A stretch of 60,958 bases of DNA, counting the filler. It is 4 parts of 4 records of this genome, joined end to end, with 100 filler letters (N's around TTAATTAATTAA, not from the genome) between each part and the next. Parts side by side here need not be neighbours in the genome. Positions count along the whole stretch, not along the records: positions 1 to 16,240 come from SRR31156797_17516; 3 more parts are not named here. The stretch is one strand, 5' to 3'. Both the position numbers and the translations under genes were made by a program. The notes beneath the pieces were generated by a model that searched no databases, was not told the DNA's origin, and saw only the letters and a list, made by a program, of their open reading frames with translations. This document shows positions 1 through 9,905 of this stretch, in pieces. How positions within the stretch are numbered: the stretch's first letter is position 1; each line of letters starts with the position of its first letter.

Positions 1-1
1 A

Positions 2-913
2 GAGCAAACCAGGTTACCATTTACGTTAAAGGATACTCATAACTTCAAAATGTTTACTGTAAGTGTTCTGGGAGTGCTCATCTTGATTATTCCTCGAATT
101 CAGGTATTTTTTGAGCAGGCTGCATCGAGGGTAGGTGGGGAAGTTACTTGGGGCATGGGACAGTCACACTTTATTCCAATATTGTTTGCCCGCTTCAGTA
201 CATTTTCTAATTCTCAGTCAGTTATTTACCTGATTCTCTTTATTGCGGGTGTCATCGCAATAACACTTCATACAAAAAAGCAGGTACTTTTGCTTTCCCT
301 CTGGTTCACATTGCCTATAATTGTGAGTTTCTACCTTGCAGGTGTCATGCCTTTCCAGCCAAGATACCTGATTTTCGTCTTGCCTGCATTTCTGATATTT
401 GTATCACGTGGAATAACAGCTATTCCTTCTCTTTTTATCTCAGATAAGACCCCTACAAAGAAAAAAAAGAAAGATGAGTCTAATGTGAAGTTAAAACAGG
501 TTGTAGGATGCATAGTAATTGTACTGGTTGTTTTCCTCGGTTCTGTAGGTTCTTTAATTGGATACTATACTACAGTCCAGAAAAATGATTGGAGAGAGGT
601 TTCTTCTGTAATCGAGTCAGTTACTCAGGAGGGAGATGCTATTGTAGCACTTCCATCATATATGTCCAAACCACTGGTTTACTACTATGATAATTCAAGC
701 GATGGTACTTTAATAAAAAGTTCAGGATACACTCCAGATGAACTGGATGCTATAGTTAATGATACAGCTCCAAACAGGGTTTTTTTTGTAATGACGGGTG
801 ATATTAATGCTGCAAATCAGGAAGGTACAGTCTTATTGTGGCTTCAGGAGAATGCAAATGTTGTATCTGTTATCAATGGAGTCTATATATTGACTCCTAA
901 CACATATTTATGA
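2..913 (+). CDS. GT-C fold / dolichyl-phosphate-sugar-protein glycosyltransferase (PMT/GT39-like), 5'-truncated by window edge
   Basis: Frame is open from base 2. Several TM helices, 'FQPRYLIFVLPAF' motif and soluble C-terminal 'KNDWREV...GDAIVALP...YYY' domain typical of GT39-like membrane glycosyltransferases. Confidence 0.7.
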   Translation, partial: EQTRLPFTLKDTHNFKMFTVSVLGVLILIIPRIQVFFEQAASRVGGEVTWGMGQSHFIPILFARFSTFSNSQSVIYLILFIAGVIAITLHTKKQVLLLSLWFTLPIIVSFYLAGVMPFQPRYLIFVLPAFLIFVSRGITAIPSLFISDKTPTKKKKKDESNVKLKQVVGCIVIVLVVFLGSVGSLIGYYTTVQKNDWREVSSVIESVTQEGDAIVALPSYMSKPLVYYYDNSSDGTLIKSSGYTPDELDAIVNDTAPNRVFFVMTGDINAANQEGTVLLWLQENANVVSVINGVYILTPNTYL

Positions 914-1177
914 ATGAGGGATGCAATGTCCCTTTTTAGCATTGCATTGTCTAACTTTTAACATCTTTTTGCGCGGATCTCTACTCAAAAGTTCACACTT
1001 TTTTTAGAAGAGAACGTTTTGTCTTTAGTCTCGCGTCGTTCGTTTTTTGTCAGGAAATCCATTCAACAGTACGAAAATTTCACACGTGCTACTATAACTT
1101 GTTCACTTTTGCCTTAATATCACCGAATTTATGGCGTCAAAGTAGGTTTATTCAGGTAGCTTTACACAAAAAAGAAT

Positions 1178-1532
1178 GTTGATAGCTATTATTCATCTTC
1201 GTCTGGAAATGAGTGGAGGGAAGTAGCTCTTTAGCTGGAATAAATTAACTCATCAGGGAGATGTGATTGTGGTTTTGCCTTTCTGCGTGTCCAATCCTTT
1301 AAAATACTACTATAATAATTCAACCGATGGTACATATATATTAGAAGTCAAATATAAGGATTATAAGCTTGATGCTATAGATGAAAGTGCCGTTCGACAC
1401 AGGGCATTCTATATTATACACTTTATATATTATGATAGATTACCTATAAGTGCTGTAAAAGAATGGCCACAGGACAATTCCCATGTCTTGAAAACTTTAG
1501 CCAACACAGAAATTTTAAAAACAAATGAATAA
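1178..1532 (+). pseudogene. Degenerate paralog of the C-terminal domain of the upstream glycosyltransferase
   Basis: YYSSSSGNEWREVAL*LE*, then a 1-nt frameshift into LTHQGDVIVVLPFCVSNPLKYYYNNSTDGT. Aligns with YYTTVQKNDWREVSSVIESVTQEGDAIVALPSYMSKPLVYYYDNSSDGT of gene 2-913. Confidence 0.75.
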
Positions 1533-1556
1533 TTCAAATTTATCGGGAAGGTCAAT

Positions 1557-2423
1557 ATGATACAATATTTATTAAAAACCATGCGTCCTAAGCAGTGGTA
1601 CAAGAATTTTATTGTCTTTATTGCAATTATATTCTCAGGCAACTTAGGTGATTTGAATGCATGGATCTATTCAATAATTGCATTTTGTGCTTTCTGTCTT
1701 ATTTCAAGCACAGTGTATGTAATCAATGACATAATAGATGTTGAAAAAGATCGAAAACATCCGACTAAGAAAAACCGTCCAATTCCTTCAGGCAAATTAA
1801 AAAGAGGACATGCAACTATTTTTGCTGTATTTTTATTTCTTCTCTCCTTGAGTATAGCTTTTTCTCTGAATATTCCCCTTGGAATAATTTCTGCATCATA
1901 TTTCTTTTTATTTCTGATATATTCCGTATATCTAAAGCATGTAGTAATAATAGATGTCCTGACCATATCTATCGGTTTTGTGATGCGTGCAGCAGCAGGT
2001 GCGCTGGCCATTGCTGTAACTTTTTCTCCATGGCTGGTAATATGTACTTTCCTGCTTGCAATGTTTTTGGGACTTGGAAAGAGAAGGCATGAAATTAATC
2101 TTTTAGGAGATAATGCCACAGGCCACCGTAAAATTCTTGACGAATATTCAATCACAATGCTTGATCAAATGATTACAATCATTACTGCCTCTTTAGTAGT
2201 ATCATATTCAATGTATACTTTCTTTTCAGGAAGAAACTATATGATGTTAACAATTCCTTTTGTACTCTATGGGCTTTTCAGGTATCTCTTCTTAATTCAT
2301 TCCTCTGATTTTGGAGGAGAACCCGGAATGCTGTTTAAGGATACTGGTATGGTTGCTTCTATGATGATCTGGATAATACTGGTTCTGCTCATTCTCAACT
2401 TCACGCCTGTTTATGCTATATAA
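1557..2423 (+). CDS. UbiA-family polyprenyl-phosphate phosphoribosyltransferase (DPPR-synthase-like)
   Basis: RPKQWYKN, YVINDIIDVEKDRKHPTKKNRPIPSG and KRRHE motifs; multi-TM. Confidence 0.85.
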   Translation: MIQYLLKTMRPKQWYKNFIVFIAIIFSGNLGDLNAWIYSIIAFCAFCLISSTVYVINDIIDVEKDRKHPTKKNRPIPSGKLKRGHATIFAVFLFLLSLSIAFSLNIPLGIISASYFFLFLIYSVYLKHVVIIDVLTISIGFVMRAAAGALAIAVTFSPWLVICTFLLAMFLGLGKRRHEINLLGDNATGHRKILDEYSITMLDQMITIITASLVVSYSMYTFFSGRNYMMLTIPFVLYGLFRYLFLIHSSDFGGEPGMLFKDTGMVASMMIWIILVLLILNFTPVYAI

Positions 2424-2435
2424 GAAGGGATTCAC

Positions 2436-3131
2436 TTGAGAACACTGAAAATTGATCTGCACACGCACACAAACTTCTCTCCAAAATGCGGTTTTATGAA
2501 ACCGGAAAAACTGGTCCGGACTGCCATATCAAGAGGTCTGGATGGTATTGCCGTAACAGACCATGATACAATAGCAGGTGCCCTTGAATCTAAAAAGTTT
2601 GAAACACCTGATTTTAAGATTATTGTCGGGTGTGAATTAATGACCAACAAAGGCGAGATCATAGGCTTGTTCCTTGACAGGGAAATTGAATCAAGGGATG
2701 CTTTTGAGGCAATTGGGGAAATACATGAACAGGGTGGTTTAGTTATAGTTCCGCATCCATTTGATGAGTTGCGTTCATCCCGCTTTAAGGGAATAGAAAG
2801 CATTGTTCATCTGGTGGACTGTATAGAGGTTTTCAACTCCCGTTGCGTGAAGCGCATAAGCAATGAAACAGCAAATGACTTTGTTACGCAGCAACAGTCC
2901 GCATATGACCTGTCCACGGTGGCAGGAAGCGATGCTCACTTTGCAAACGAAGTTGGAAGTGCGTACACTGAAATATCAGTTGATGATTCTCTCTATGAAA
3001 CAGATCCTGTCTCTGCATTAAAGAATGCATTGCTTGAGAAGAATGTAAATGTCTATGGAAAAAGGTCATCGCTGCTTAATCATGCAGGAACTAAAATACT
3101 AAAATGGAAAAGGCGCCATGTCAATTATTGA
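2436..3131 (+). CDS. PHP-family metal-dependent phosphoesterase
   Basis: DLHTHT, TDHD, PHPFD and GSDAH metal-binding motifs; TTG start. Confidence 0.88.
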   Translation: MRTLKIDLHTHTNFSPKCGFMKPEKLVRTAISRGLDGIAVTDHDTIAGALESKKFETPDFKIIVGCELMTNKGEIIGLFLDREIESRDAFEAIGEIHEQGGLVIVPHPFDELRSSRFKGIESIVHLVDCIEVFNSRCVKRISNETANDFVTQQQSAYDLSTVAGSDAHFANEVGSAYTEISVDDSLYETDPVSALKNALLEKNVNVYGKRSSLLNHAGTKILKWKRRHVNY

Positions 3132-4089
3132 AAAACTAAGGAAAAAGATACTTGTCTCAATTCTGTTTGCCATAGTAGTCTTTGCTCTGCTCTCAATATA
3201 TGCAGACTTAAATGAGATAACTTCCGAAATGATGAACTTTGAGTGGAAATATCTTTTACTGATACTCTTCCTGACAATTCTGAATTACCTGTTGCGGTTT
3301 TACAAATGGGACTATTATCTGTCAATTCTGGATATTCATGTCAGCAAAATGGACAGTGCAATCGTTTTTTTCAGCGGTCTGACAATGTCTGTAACTCCTG
3401 GTAAGCTGGGAGAGGTCCTTAAGTCCTATCTTCTAAAACAAATGGACAATATCAGCATGGCCCGTACGGCTCCAATTGTTTTTGCTGAAAGATTAACAGA
3501 CGTAGTTGGTCTGATTATACTGGCATCAACAGGTTCCATATTGTTTGATAATGGAAAAATAGTTCTTGTTATGATCCTGTCTTTTGTTACCCTTGTTCTG
3601 ATTATAATTCAGTCAAGGACATTGTCACTTAAATTAATAGGTATTGGAGAACAACTGCCAGTTATCTCCAAGTTTGCGCACCACTTGTATGACAGCTACG
3701 AAAGTGCTTATTCATTACTTGAGATAAAACCACTGGTTATTTCCATAACTATAAGCATTGTATCCTGGTCATTTGAGTGCTTTGCAATGTGGTATGTGCT
3801 TAAAGGGTTTGGAGTTGACACTTCTCTTGTATTTGCAACATTTGCCTTTGCTTTTTCATCCATGGCAGGAGCTGTATCAATGCTTCCCGGAGGGCTTGGT
3901 GTTGCAGAGGGAAGTATTGTAGGCATACTTCAGACAGCCGACATATCCAGGGCAATTGCAGCAGGTTCAGCTTTATTGATTCGCTTTGGAACCTTATGGT
4001 TTGGTGTTCTTGTAGGAGCAGTTACCCTTGTATTGAACAGGAAGAAGTTTGAAAAGAACAATGATGAGGATATCCCCGGTCTGGACTAG
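3118..4089 (+). CDS. UPF0104 / lysylphosphatidylglycerol-synthase TM-domain (flippase-like) membrane protein
   Basis: LRFYKW, TPGKLGEVLK, ERLTD and PGGLGVAE motifs; about 8 TM helices. Confidence 0.85.
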   Translation: MSIIEKLRKKILVSILFAIVVFALLSIYADLNEITSEMMNFEWKYLLLILFLTILNYLLRFYKWDYYLSILDIHVSKMDSAIVFFSGLTMSVTPGKLGEVLKSYLLKQMDNISMARTAPIVFAERLTDVVGLIILASTGSILFDNGKIVLVMILSFVTLVLIIIQSRTLSLKLIGIGEQLPVISKFAHHLYDSYESAYSLLEIKPLVISITISIVSWSFECFAMWYVLKGFGVDTSLVFATFAFAFSSMAGAVSMLPGGLGVAEGSIVGILQTADISRAIAAGSALLIRFGTLWFGVLVGAVTLVLNRKKFEKNNDEDIPGLD

Positions 4090-4247
4090 CTGCTGTTTGC
4101 AAGATTAAACGCTTTATAGTTTTCAGGAACGAATGAATATCTTAATCACCCTGTAGTCATACAGGGTATTATCTCAATTTTTAAGTACTATTAACCTAAT
4201 CTAAGCAAAAATCCAATACTTCCAGTTTAAGTATGTAACGTGATCAC

Positions 4248-5096
4248 ATGCCATTCAAAATTATCGAAAAAAAGGAAATTGCACCCTCTGTGCACATGAT
4301 GAAAATCATGGCACCTGATGTTGCCAAAGCCGCAAAAGCAGGACAGTTCATCATATTGCGCATTGATGAGACCAGTGAAAGAGTACCACTTACAATTGCT
4401 GATTTTGACACAACAGAAGGTACTGTATCCATAATCTTCCAGGAAATGGGCAAGACTACAAAACAGCTTGCTCAAATGTCATCTTCAGACGAGCTTCAGG
4501 ACTTTGTCGGTCCCCTTGGCACTCCCGCAGATGTCAGAGAACTCGGTACTGTCATCCTTGTTGGTGGCGGTGTTGGAATTGCTCCTGTGTATCCGCAGGT
4601 CAGGGCATATCGTGAGGCAGGCAATAAGGTAATTTCTGTGATTGGTGCAAGGAACGAGAGTCTTCTTATCCTTGAGGATGAAATGAGAGAAGCTTCTGAC
4701 GAACTTCATGTTGCCACAGACGATGGTTCCAAAGGACACCATGGCTTTGTAACCGATGTTGTGAAGGGCATCCTTGACAGCGGTGAGAAAATTGCTAGGA
4801 TCGTTGTCATTGGTCCTCCTATTCTTATGAAGGTAGCAGCAGGTATGACAGAACCATACGGTGTGGAAACAATAGTAAGTCTGAACCCGATAATGATCGA
4901 CGGTACAGGTATGTGTGGCGGATGCAGGGTATCCATAGGTGGCGAGACAAAATTTGCCTGTGTGGACGGACCTGAATTTGATGCTCACAAAGTGGACTTC
5001 AATCTTCTGTTAAGTCGCCTTGCTCTGTACAGGGATGAAGAGTCAAAGTGTCGTGAAGATCACAACCATAAATGCACTTGCAAGGGGGAGAACTAA
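4248..5096 (+). CDS. NfnA/SudB-like FAD/NAD-binding [2Fe-2S] subunit of electron-bifurcating transhydrogenase
   Basis: GQFIILR, ERVPLTIAD, GGGVGIAP and DGTGMCGGC...CVDGPEF motifs; TAATG overlap with the next gene. Confidence 0.88.
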   Translation: MPFKIIEKKEIAPSVHMMKIMAPDVAKAAKAGQFIILRIDETSERVPLTIADFDTTEGTVSIIFQEMGKTTKQLAQMSSSDELQDFVGPLGTPADVRELGTVILVGGGVGIAPVYPQVRAYREAGNKVISVIGARNESLLILEDEMREASDELHVATDDGSKGHHGFVTDVVKGILDSGEKIARIVVIGPPILMKVAAGMTEPYGVETIVSLNPIMIDGTGMCGGCRVSIGGETKFACVDGPEFDAHKVDFNLLLSRLALYRDEESKCREDHNHKCTCKGEN

Positions 5097-6466
5097 TGGT
5101 GGACAGACAGGCTATGCCATTACAGGATCCTAAAGAAAGGGCGCAGAACTTCGATGAGGTTGCACTTGGTTACACTGATGAGATGGCAATTGCTGAGGCA
5201 TCAAGGTGCATTGAATGCAGGAACCCTAAATGTGTTGAAGGATGTCCTGTAAATATTGATATACCGGGTTTTATTTCCTGTATAAAGGAAGAGGACTTTG
5301 ACGGGGCAATTGGAACCATCAAACTCACCAATACACTTCCGGCAGTATGCGGGCGTGTATGCCCTCAGGAAGAGCAGTGTGAGTTAAAATGTGTGCTGGG
5401 TAAAAAAGGTGCACCGGTTGCAATCGGAAGACTTGAGCGTTTCTGTGCTGATTATGAAAGGAAAAAGGGTGTGATTCCTCCAGTACACGCAGAGTCAACC
5501 GGAAAGAAGGTGGCAGTAATAGGTGCCGGTCCGGCAGGACTTACAGCAGCAGCAGATCTTGCAAAGGCAGGCCATGCTGTCACGATATTTGAGTCACTTC
5601 ACGACACCGGTGGTGTACTAACCTATGGAATTCCTGAATTCAGGCTTCCAAAGGCAATAGTAAAGGAAGAAGTGGAGTACATCAAGCAGCTTGGTGTTGA
5701 TGTAAAAGTTGATTATGTCATCGGAAGGATAAAGACCCTGGATGAGCTCAGTGATGAATTCGATGCGGTTTTCCTGGGAACAGGTGCAGGATTGCCCAGG
5801 TTTATGGGAATTGAAGGTGAAAACCTCAATGGTGTCTACTCTGCAAATGAGTTCCTTACAAGGGTGAACCTGATGAAGGCTTACCAGTTCCCCAAATATG
5901 ACACTCCTATCAAGAGAGGAAAGAAGGTTGTTGTTGTTGGTGGCGGTAACGTTGCAATGGATGCTGCACGCAGTGCGCTTAGACTCGGAGCCGATGAGGT
6001 GAGTATTGTCTACCGTCGTGGCGAGGAAGAGCTTCCTGCAAGGAAAGAAGAAGTTGAGAATGCAAAGGAAGAAGGAATTGTTTTCAGGCTCCTTGCCAAC
6101 CCTGTCAGGATTCTTGAAGGTGAAAACATGACAGTCAACGGTGTGGAATGCATCAGGATGGAACTTGGAGAACCTGATGAGTCCGGACGTAGAAGCCCTG
6201 TGCCGGTCGAAGGTTCAGAGCATCTTATTGATGCAGATGTTGTTATCATTGCCATTGGCACATCTCCAAATCCTGTGATTTTTTCAGGTTCAAAAGGTCT
6301 GGAAACTACTTCCAGAGGCACAATTGTTGTTAATGAATCCGGCATGACATCCCTTGAGAACGTCTTTGCAGGCGGAGATGCAGTCACGGGTGCCGCAACG
6401 GTTATCAGTGCCATGGGTGCCGGAAAGATCGCTGCACAGGCAATAAATGACTACCTTTCTAACTAA
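5096..6466 (+). CDS. NfnB/SudA-like (GltD-like) NADPH-dependent flavo-iron-sulfur subunit
   Basis: CIECRNPKCVEGCP, CGRVCPQEEQCELKC, GAGPAG, YGIPEFRLP and GGGNVAMD motifs; ATG at 5096 overlaps the upstream stop. Confidence 0.88.
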   Translation: MVDRQAMPLQDPKERAQNFDEVALGYTDEMAIAEASRCIECRNPKCVEGCPVNIDIPGFISCIKEEDFDGAIGTIKLTNTLPAVCGRVCPQEEQCELKCVLGKKGAPVAIGRLERFCADYERKKGVIPPVHAESTGKKVAVIGAGPAGLTAAADLAKAGHAVTIFESLHDTGGVLTYGIPEFRLPKAIVKEEVEYIKQLGVDVKVDYVIGRIKTLDELSDEFDAVFLGTGAGLPRFMGIEGENLNGVYSANEFLTRVNLMKAYQFPKYDTPIKRGKKVVVVGGGNVAMDAARSALRLGADEVSIVYRRGEEELPARKEEVENAKEEGIVFRLLANPVRILEGENMTVNGVECIRMELGEPDESGRRSPVPVEGSEHLIDADVVIIAIGTSPNPVIFSGSKGLETTSRGTIVVNESGMTSLENVFAGGDAVTGAATVISAMGAGKIAAQAINDYLSN

Positions 6467-6471
6467 TCCTT

Positions 6472-6503
6472 ATCCGGCTTTGTCCGGATTCTTTTCTTCT
6501 TTT
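6472..6503 (+). terminator. Hairpin plus T-rich tract terminator after nfnAB-like operon
   Basis: ATCCGG-ctttgt-CCGGAT followed by TCTTTTCTTCTTTT. Confidence 0.55.
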
Positions 6504-6536
6504 TCAGGACATCTTTTTTAAGCAGGCGCACGCTAA

Positions 6537-8618
6537 ATGGTATCAATGAAAAAAGGCAGCTCTTTTTCCAGCAAGTCCGGCAAATCTAATCGATCTGATA
6601 GGACTGACAGATCCGGACAATCTGGCAGATCTAATCTGAAGAGGGTGAATAAATCCTCCTCAGGACAAGTGAATTCTAAAAAAAGGATGTCTGGCAAAGG
6701 TCACTCACACAAAAAACCTGCACAAAGGTATGCAAGTAACGAAAAGGACTATATTTTCTGGTGTCTGGATTGTAATGTTCCTCTTATAGAAAAAGGATGC
6801 AATACATGCGGGAAAGAAGGAAAGAAGATTGATCTTTCACAACCTGCAGATGTTAGGTTCTGTTCTCCATATGAAAGAAGTGTTCTTCATGATCTGCTTT
6901 CTTCTTCATTTGAATGCGATCCGTTTGGGGAACGTATAGTCCTCCTGAACAAGATTCCAGGGGACGATAAAGCTGATGAGGTCATAGTTGACAGCATGGT
7001 TGTCGGAGTACTTCGCTTCGATATGCAAAAAATGGATTACACGTTTGAGCCTTCTGTTTCGGGTGCCCATATTCTGCAGAAAAACACAGGTCTTAAAACC
7101 GTAGTTCTAAAAAAGAATTCCCGGCATTTGAATGGTAAAAAAATTAGCTATGATTTGGTTGAATCAATATCATCTGATGTCAGGAAGGATGATGTTGTTC
7201 TTGTAAAATCAGCAAATCTTACAGGTTTTGGGATTTCATTCTGTGATGCAAAGGATGCGCCTTTTGTCGATGGTCCTGTTATCAGGGTAAGAAAAATTGA
7301 TTCACATCAGGTATCACTGCTTCCAAAGATCTCCAAAATGGATGATGTGATCGCTGCTAATCTTTCTCATTTACGCAGCATGGGTAAGAATGCCATTAAT
7401 ACTATCAAGGGAATAGCGAACCAAAAACAATACAAAAATTTACCGGTAAATGTGTCTTTCAGCGGTGGCAAAGATAGTCTTGTGGTGCTTGATTTGACTT
7501 TGAGTGCACTTAAAAAAAGGCATGTTAAGGCATTTTTCCTCAACACGGGTATCGAGTTTCCTGAAACAGTGGAATTTGCCCGCAGCTATTGCAGGGACAA
7601 TGGTATTGAACTGGTTGAAAAGAAGGCTGTGTCTGATTTCTGGGACAATGTAGGTACATTTGGTCCCCCTGCAAAGGATTTTCGCTGGTGCTGTAAGATA
7701 TGCAAACTAGCTCCCGCAAATGCTGCAATTGAGGAATGTCTTTCAAAGGCACCTACTTGCATAACCGTAGATGGCAAAAGAAGATATGAATCGTTTTCAA
7801 GAGCAAGTATTTCTACAAGTGAAAAGAATCCTTTTGTTCCGGGGCAGCTTAATATTTTTCCCATTAAGGACTGGAAAGCTATAGAGGTCTGGCTTTATAT
7901 TTTCTGGAGAAAACTTGACTATAACCCACTGTATGACCTTGGTTTTGAAAGAGTGGGTTGTTACTTGTGTCCCGCTGCCCTTTCAGCAGAATACATGCGC
8001 CTCAGGGATTTGCATCCTGAATTACATGAAAGATGGGAATCTTTCCTTCTGCAATGGGCAGAAAGAAATGGTCTATCTGACAAGTTCATAGAGCACGGTC
8101 TCTGGAGGTGGAAGGAGCTTCCTCCCAAGATGGTAAAGCTCTGTGAAGATATGGATATTTCTACCTCGGCAACTGCCGGAGAATCATCTTTTGCTATACA
8201 TATAACATCGGGTATATCTCCATGCAAGGCAGGAGGCTACAGCATAGAAGCTTCCATAAATGGTTTTTCAATGAAAAAGACAATGGATGTCATGAATGTA
8301 GTTGGGGATACTGTGTTCTCTGAAGAATTAGGTCTTCTGATGGTCAAATCCAGATTGTCCAGTATCAAGATTTTTTCTTCAGGAAGCCTTGTGGTAAATT
8401 CTGAAGAGAAAGAAACAGCAGATTTGGTTTTCAGGAACGTCTTAAGCCAGTTGCTCAAAGCTCACAAATGTACGGGATGTGGTATATGCGTTAAAGTATG
8501 TCCTGTTAATGCTATTTCTGTTGATGCAAATCATGTAAGGATTGATGAAAGCTGTACAAGATGTGGGAAATGTACGGATTCTTGTGTTGTACTCAGGTAT
8601 GAGAACAAAATGTCCTGA
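6537..8618 (+). CDS. PAPS/APS-reductase-family PP-loop protein with N-terminal Cys-rich and PUA-like region and C-terminal 2[4Fe-4S] ferredoxin
   Basis: SFSGGKDS PP-loop; RWCCKICK...RVGCYLCP; CTGCGICVKVCP and CTRCGKCTDSC; N-terminal CLDC...CNTC; ~65-aa S/K/R-rich leader. Confidence 0.8.
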   Translation: MVSMKKGSSFSSKSGKSNRSDRTDRSGQSGRSNLKRVNKSSSGQVNSKKRMSGKGHSHKKPAQRYASNEKDYIFWCLDCNVPLIEKGCNTCGKEGKKIDLSQPADVRFCSPYERSVLHDLLSSSFECDPFGERIVLLNKIPGDDKADEVIVDSMVVGVLRFDMQKMDYTFEPSVSGAHILQKNTGLKTVVLKKNSRHLNGKKISYDLVESISSDVRKDDVVLVKSANLTGFGISFCDAKDAPFVDGPVIRVRKIDSHQVSLLPKISKMDDVIAANLSHLRSMGKNAINTIKGIANQKQYKNLPVNVSFSGGKDSLVVLDLTLSALKKRHVKAFFLNTGIEFPETVEFARSYCRDNGIELVEKKAVSDFWDNVGTFGPPAKDFRWCCKICKLAPANAAIEECLSKAPTCITVDGKRRYESFSRASISTSEKNPFVPGQLNIFPIKDWKAIEVWLYIFWRKLDYNPLYDLGFERVGCYLCPAALSAEYMRLRDLHPELHERWESFLLQWAERNGLSDKFIEHGLWRWKELPPKMVKLCEDMDISTSATAGESSFAIHITSGISPCKAGGYSIEASINGFSMKKTMDVMNVVGDTVFSEELGLLMVKSRLSSIKIFSSGSLVVNSEEKETADLVFRNVLSQLLKAHKCTGCGICVKVCPVNAISVDANHVRIDESCTRCGKCTDSCVVLRYENKMS

Positions 8619-8713
8619 CCATTAAATTAACTTTTACAGTGAATTATTAATAGTTTATGATTTATCAATGGCTTAATATAAAATACAGTTAAATTAAGAG
8701 CTGAAGGGTAAAA

Positions 8714-9799
8714 ATGGCTATATCGCAAACAGATGGAATTTCACGCATATTGAATGCAAAATGGGAAATAGCTGCATTAGGATCAGTTTTTCTTCTATTC
8801 ATCCTTTTTTTATTCATTTTATTTCCGCTTGCAGATGGTATAGTTCTTGGCCTTGTTTTTGCATATATAGCACGCCCAATCTACAATAAACTCAGAAGGC
8901 TTCGCAAAGTCGGAGCTCTTATTGCGACAATGTGTATAATTGTTCCTGTTATTTTTATAATCGGCTCGGGAATGGTAGAGATACTTCGCCAGATCATGTG
9001 GATTATCGAAAACCAGGCTGATGTTATTAATTCAGCCCTGGATTTCTTACGCTCTATAGATATACCTGAAAGGTATAGTGATGACGTACAGCAGATGATA
9101 TGGAATATCTCCACATCATTCTTCCCACTTCTAAGCAGGATAGGGATCATAGCCTATGCCAGAAATTTAATGATGTTTGGTGTTAATCTTCTTGTGGCAG
9201 TTTTCCTGTGCTATTTCATGCTTGCAGATGGTGAACGTCTTTATAATGCAGTATTGAGGATCGTTCCGGATGAACACAATGATTCTTTTAAACGCTTCTT
9301 AATGCAACTCGATGTTATTTTGCAGGGTGTTTTTGTAGGAAATGCTTTTGCTGCGTTAATTGTCAGTGTTCTTTCATTGATAGTTTTCTATGCATTCGGT
9401 TTTAGTCATGTACTGGCTCTCTCGGCTCTCATATTTGTTGCATCTGTTATCCCAATGTTTGCCGGCTATACGGTATTACTGGCCATGTCGGTGTATCGCT
9501 ATTTAGAGCAGGGTCTTGAAAGTGCAATTGTATTTTTTGTAGTTGCTTCTATTGTGATCTATGCACCCCCTGAACTTGTTCTTCGTCCTTATCTTGCAAG
9601 TGTCAAATCCCAGGTACATCCAATTCTTATTCTCCTTGCATTCCTTGGCGGTGCTTTTGTAGGGGGAATTGCAGGTTTTTTCCTTGCTCCTATGGTGCTG
9701 GGGACTGTTATTGCGGCTTACAGGGTTTATGTAGGCGATAATTCCGTGGTTTGTTCACATATAGACCCTTCTCTTTGCGAAAATGAAGTTGCAGACTAA
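8714..9799 (+). CDS. AI-2E (PerM/UPF0118) family transporter
   Basis: Multi-TM; C-terminal 'LRP...VHPILILLAFLGGAFVGGIAGFFLAP' signature. Confidence 0.85.
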   Translation: MAISQTDGISRILNAKWEIAALGSVFLLFILFLFILFPLADGIVLGLVFAYIARPIYNKLRRLRKVGALIATMCIIVPVIFIIGSGMVEILRQIMWIIENQADVINSALDFLRSIDIPERYSDDVQQMIWNISTSFFPLLSRIGIIAYARNLMMFGVNLLVAVFLCYFMLADGERLYNAVLRIVPDEHNDSFKRFLMQLDVILQGVFVGNAFAALIVSVLSLIVFYAFGFSHVLALSALIFVASVIPMFAGYTVLLAMSVYRYLEQGLESAIVFFVVASIVIYAPPELVLRPYLASVKSQVHPILILLAFLGGAFVGGIAGFFLAPMVLGTVIAAYRVYVGDNSVVCSHIDPSLCENEVAD

Positions 9800-9905
9800 A
9801 AACAGTTCCTGTATGTGTGCCCGGATCCAGATTTGTCTTTGTTGACTTGAAAAAGGTTAATAAGGATTGATCTAATTAAGATAGCAGAATCTTACAGGTG
9901 AATTT

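Noticed and set aside
1225-1245. In-frame TAG in a Methanosarcinaceae-like gene fragment as possible pyrrolysine readthrough
   Set aside because: It is followed by TAA three codons later and a frameshift, so this is ordinary decay.
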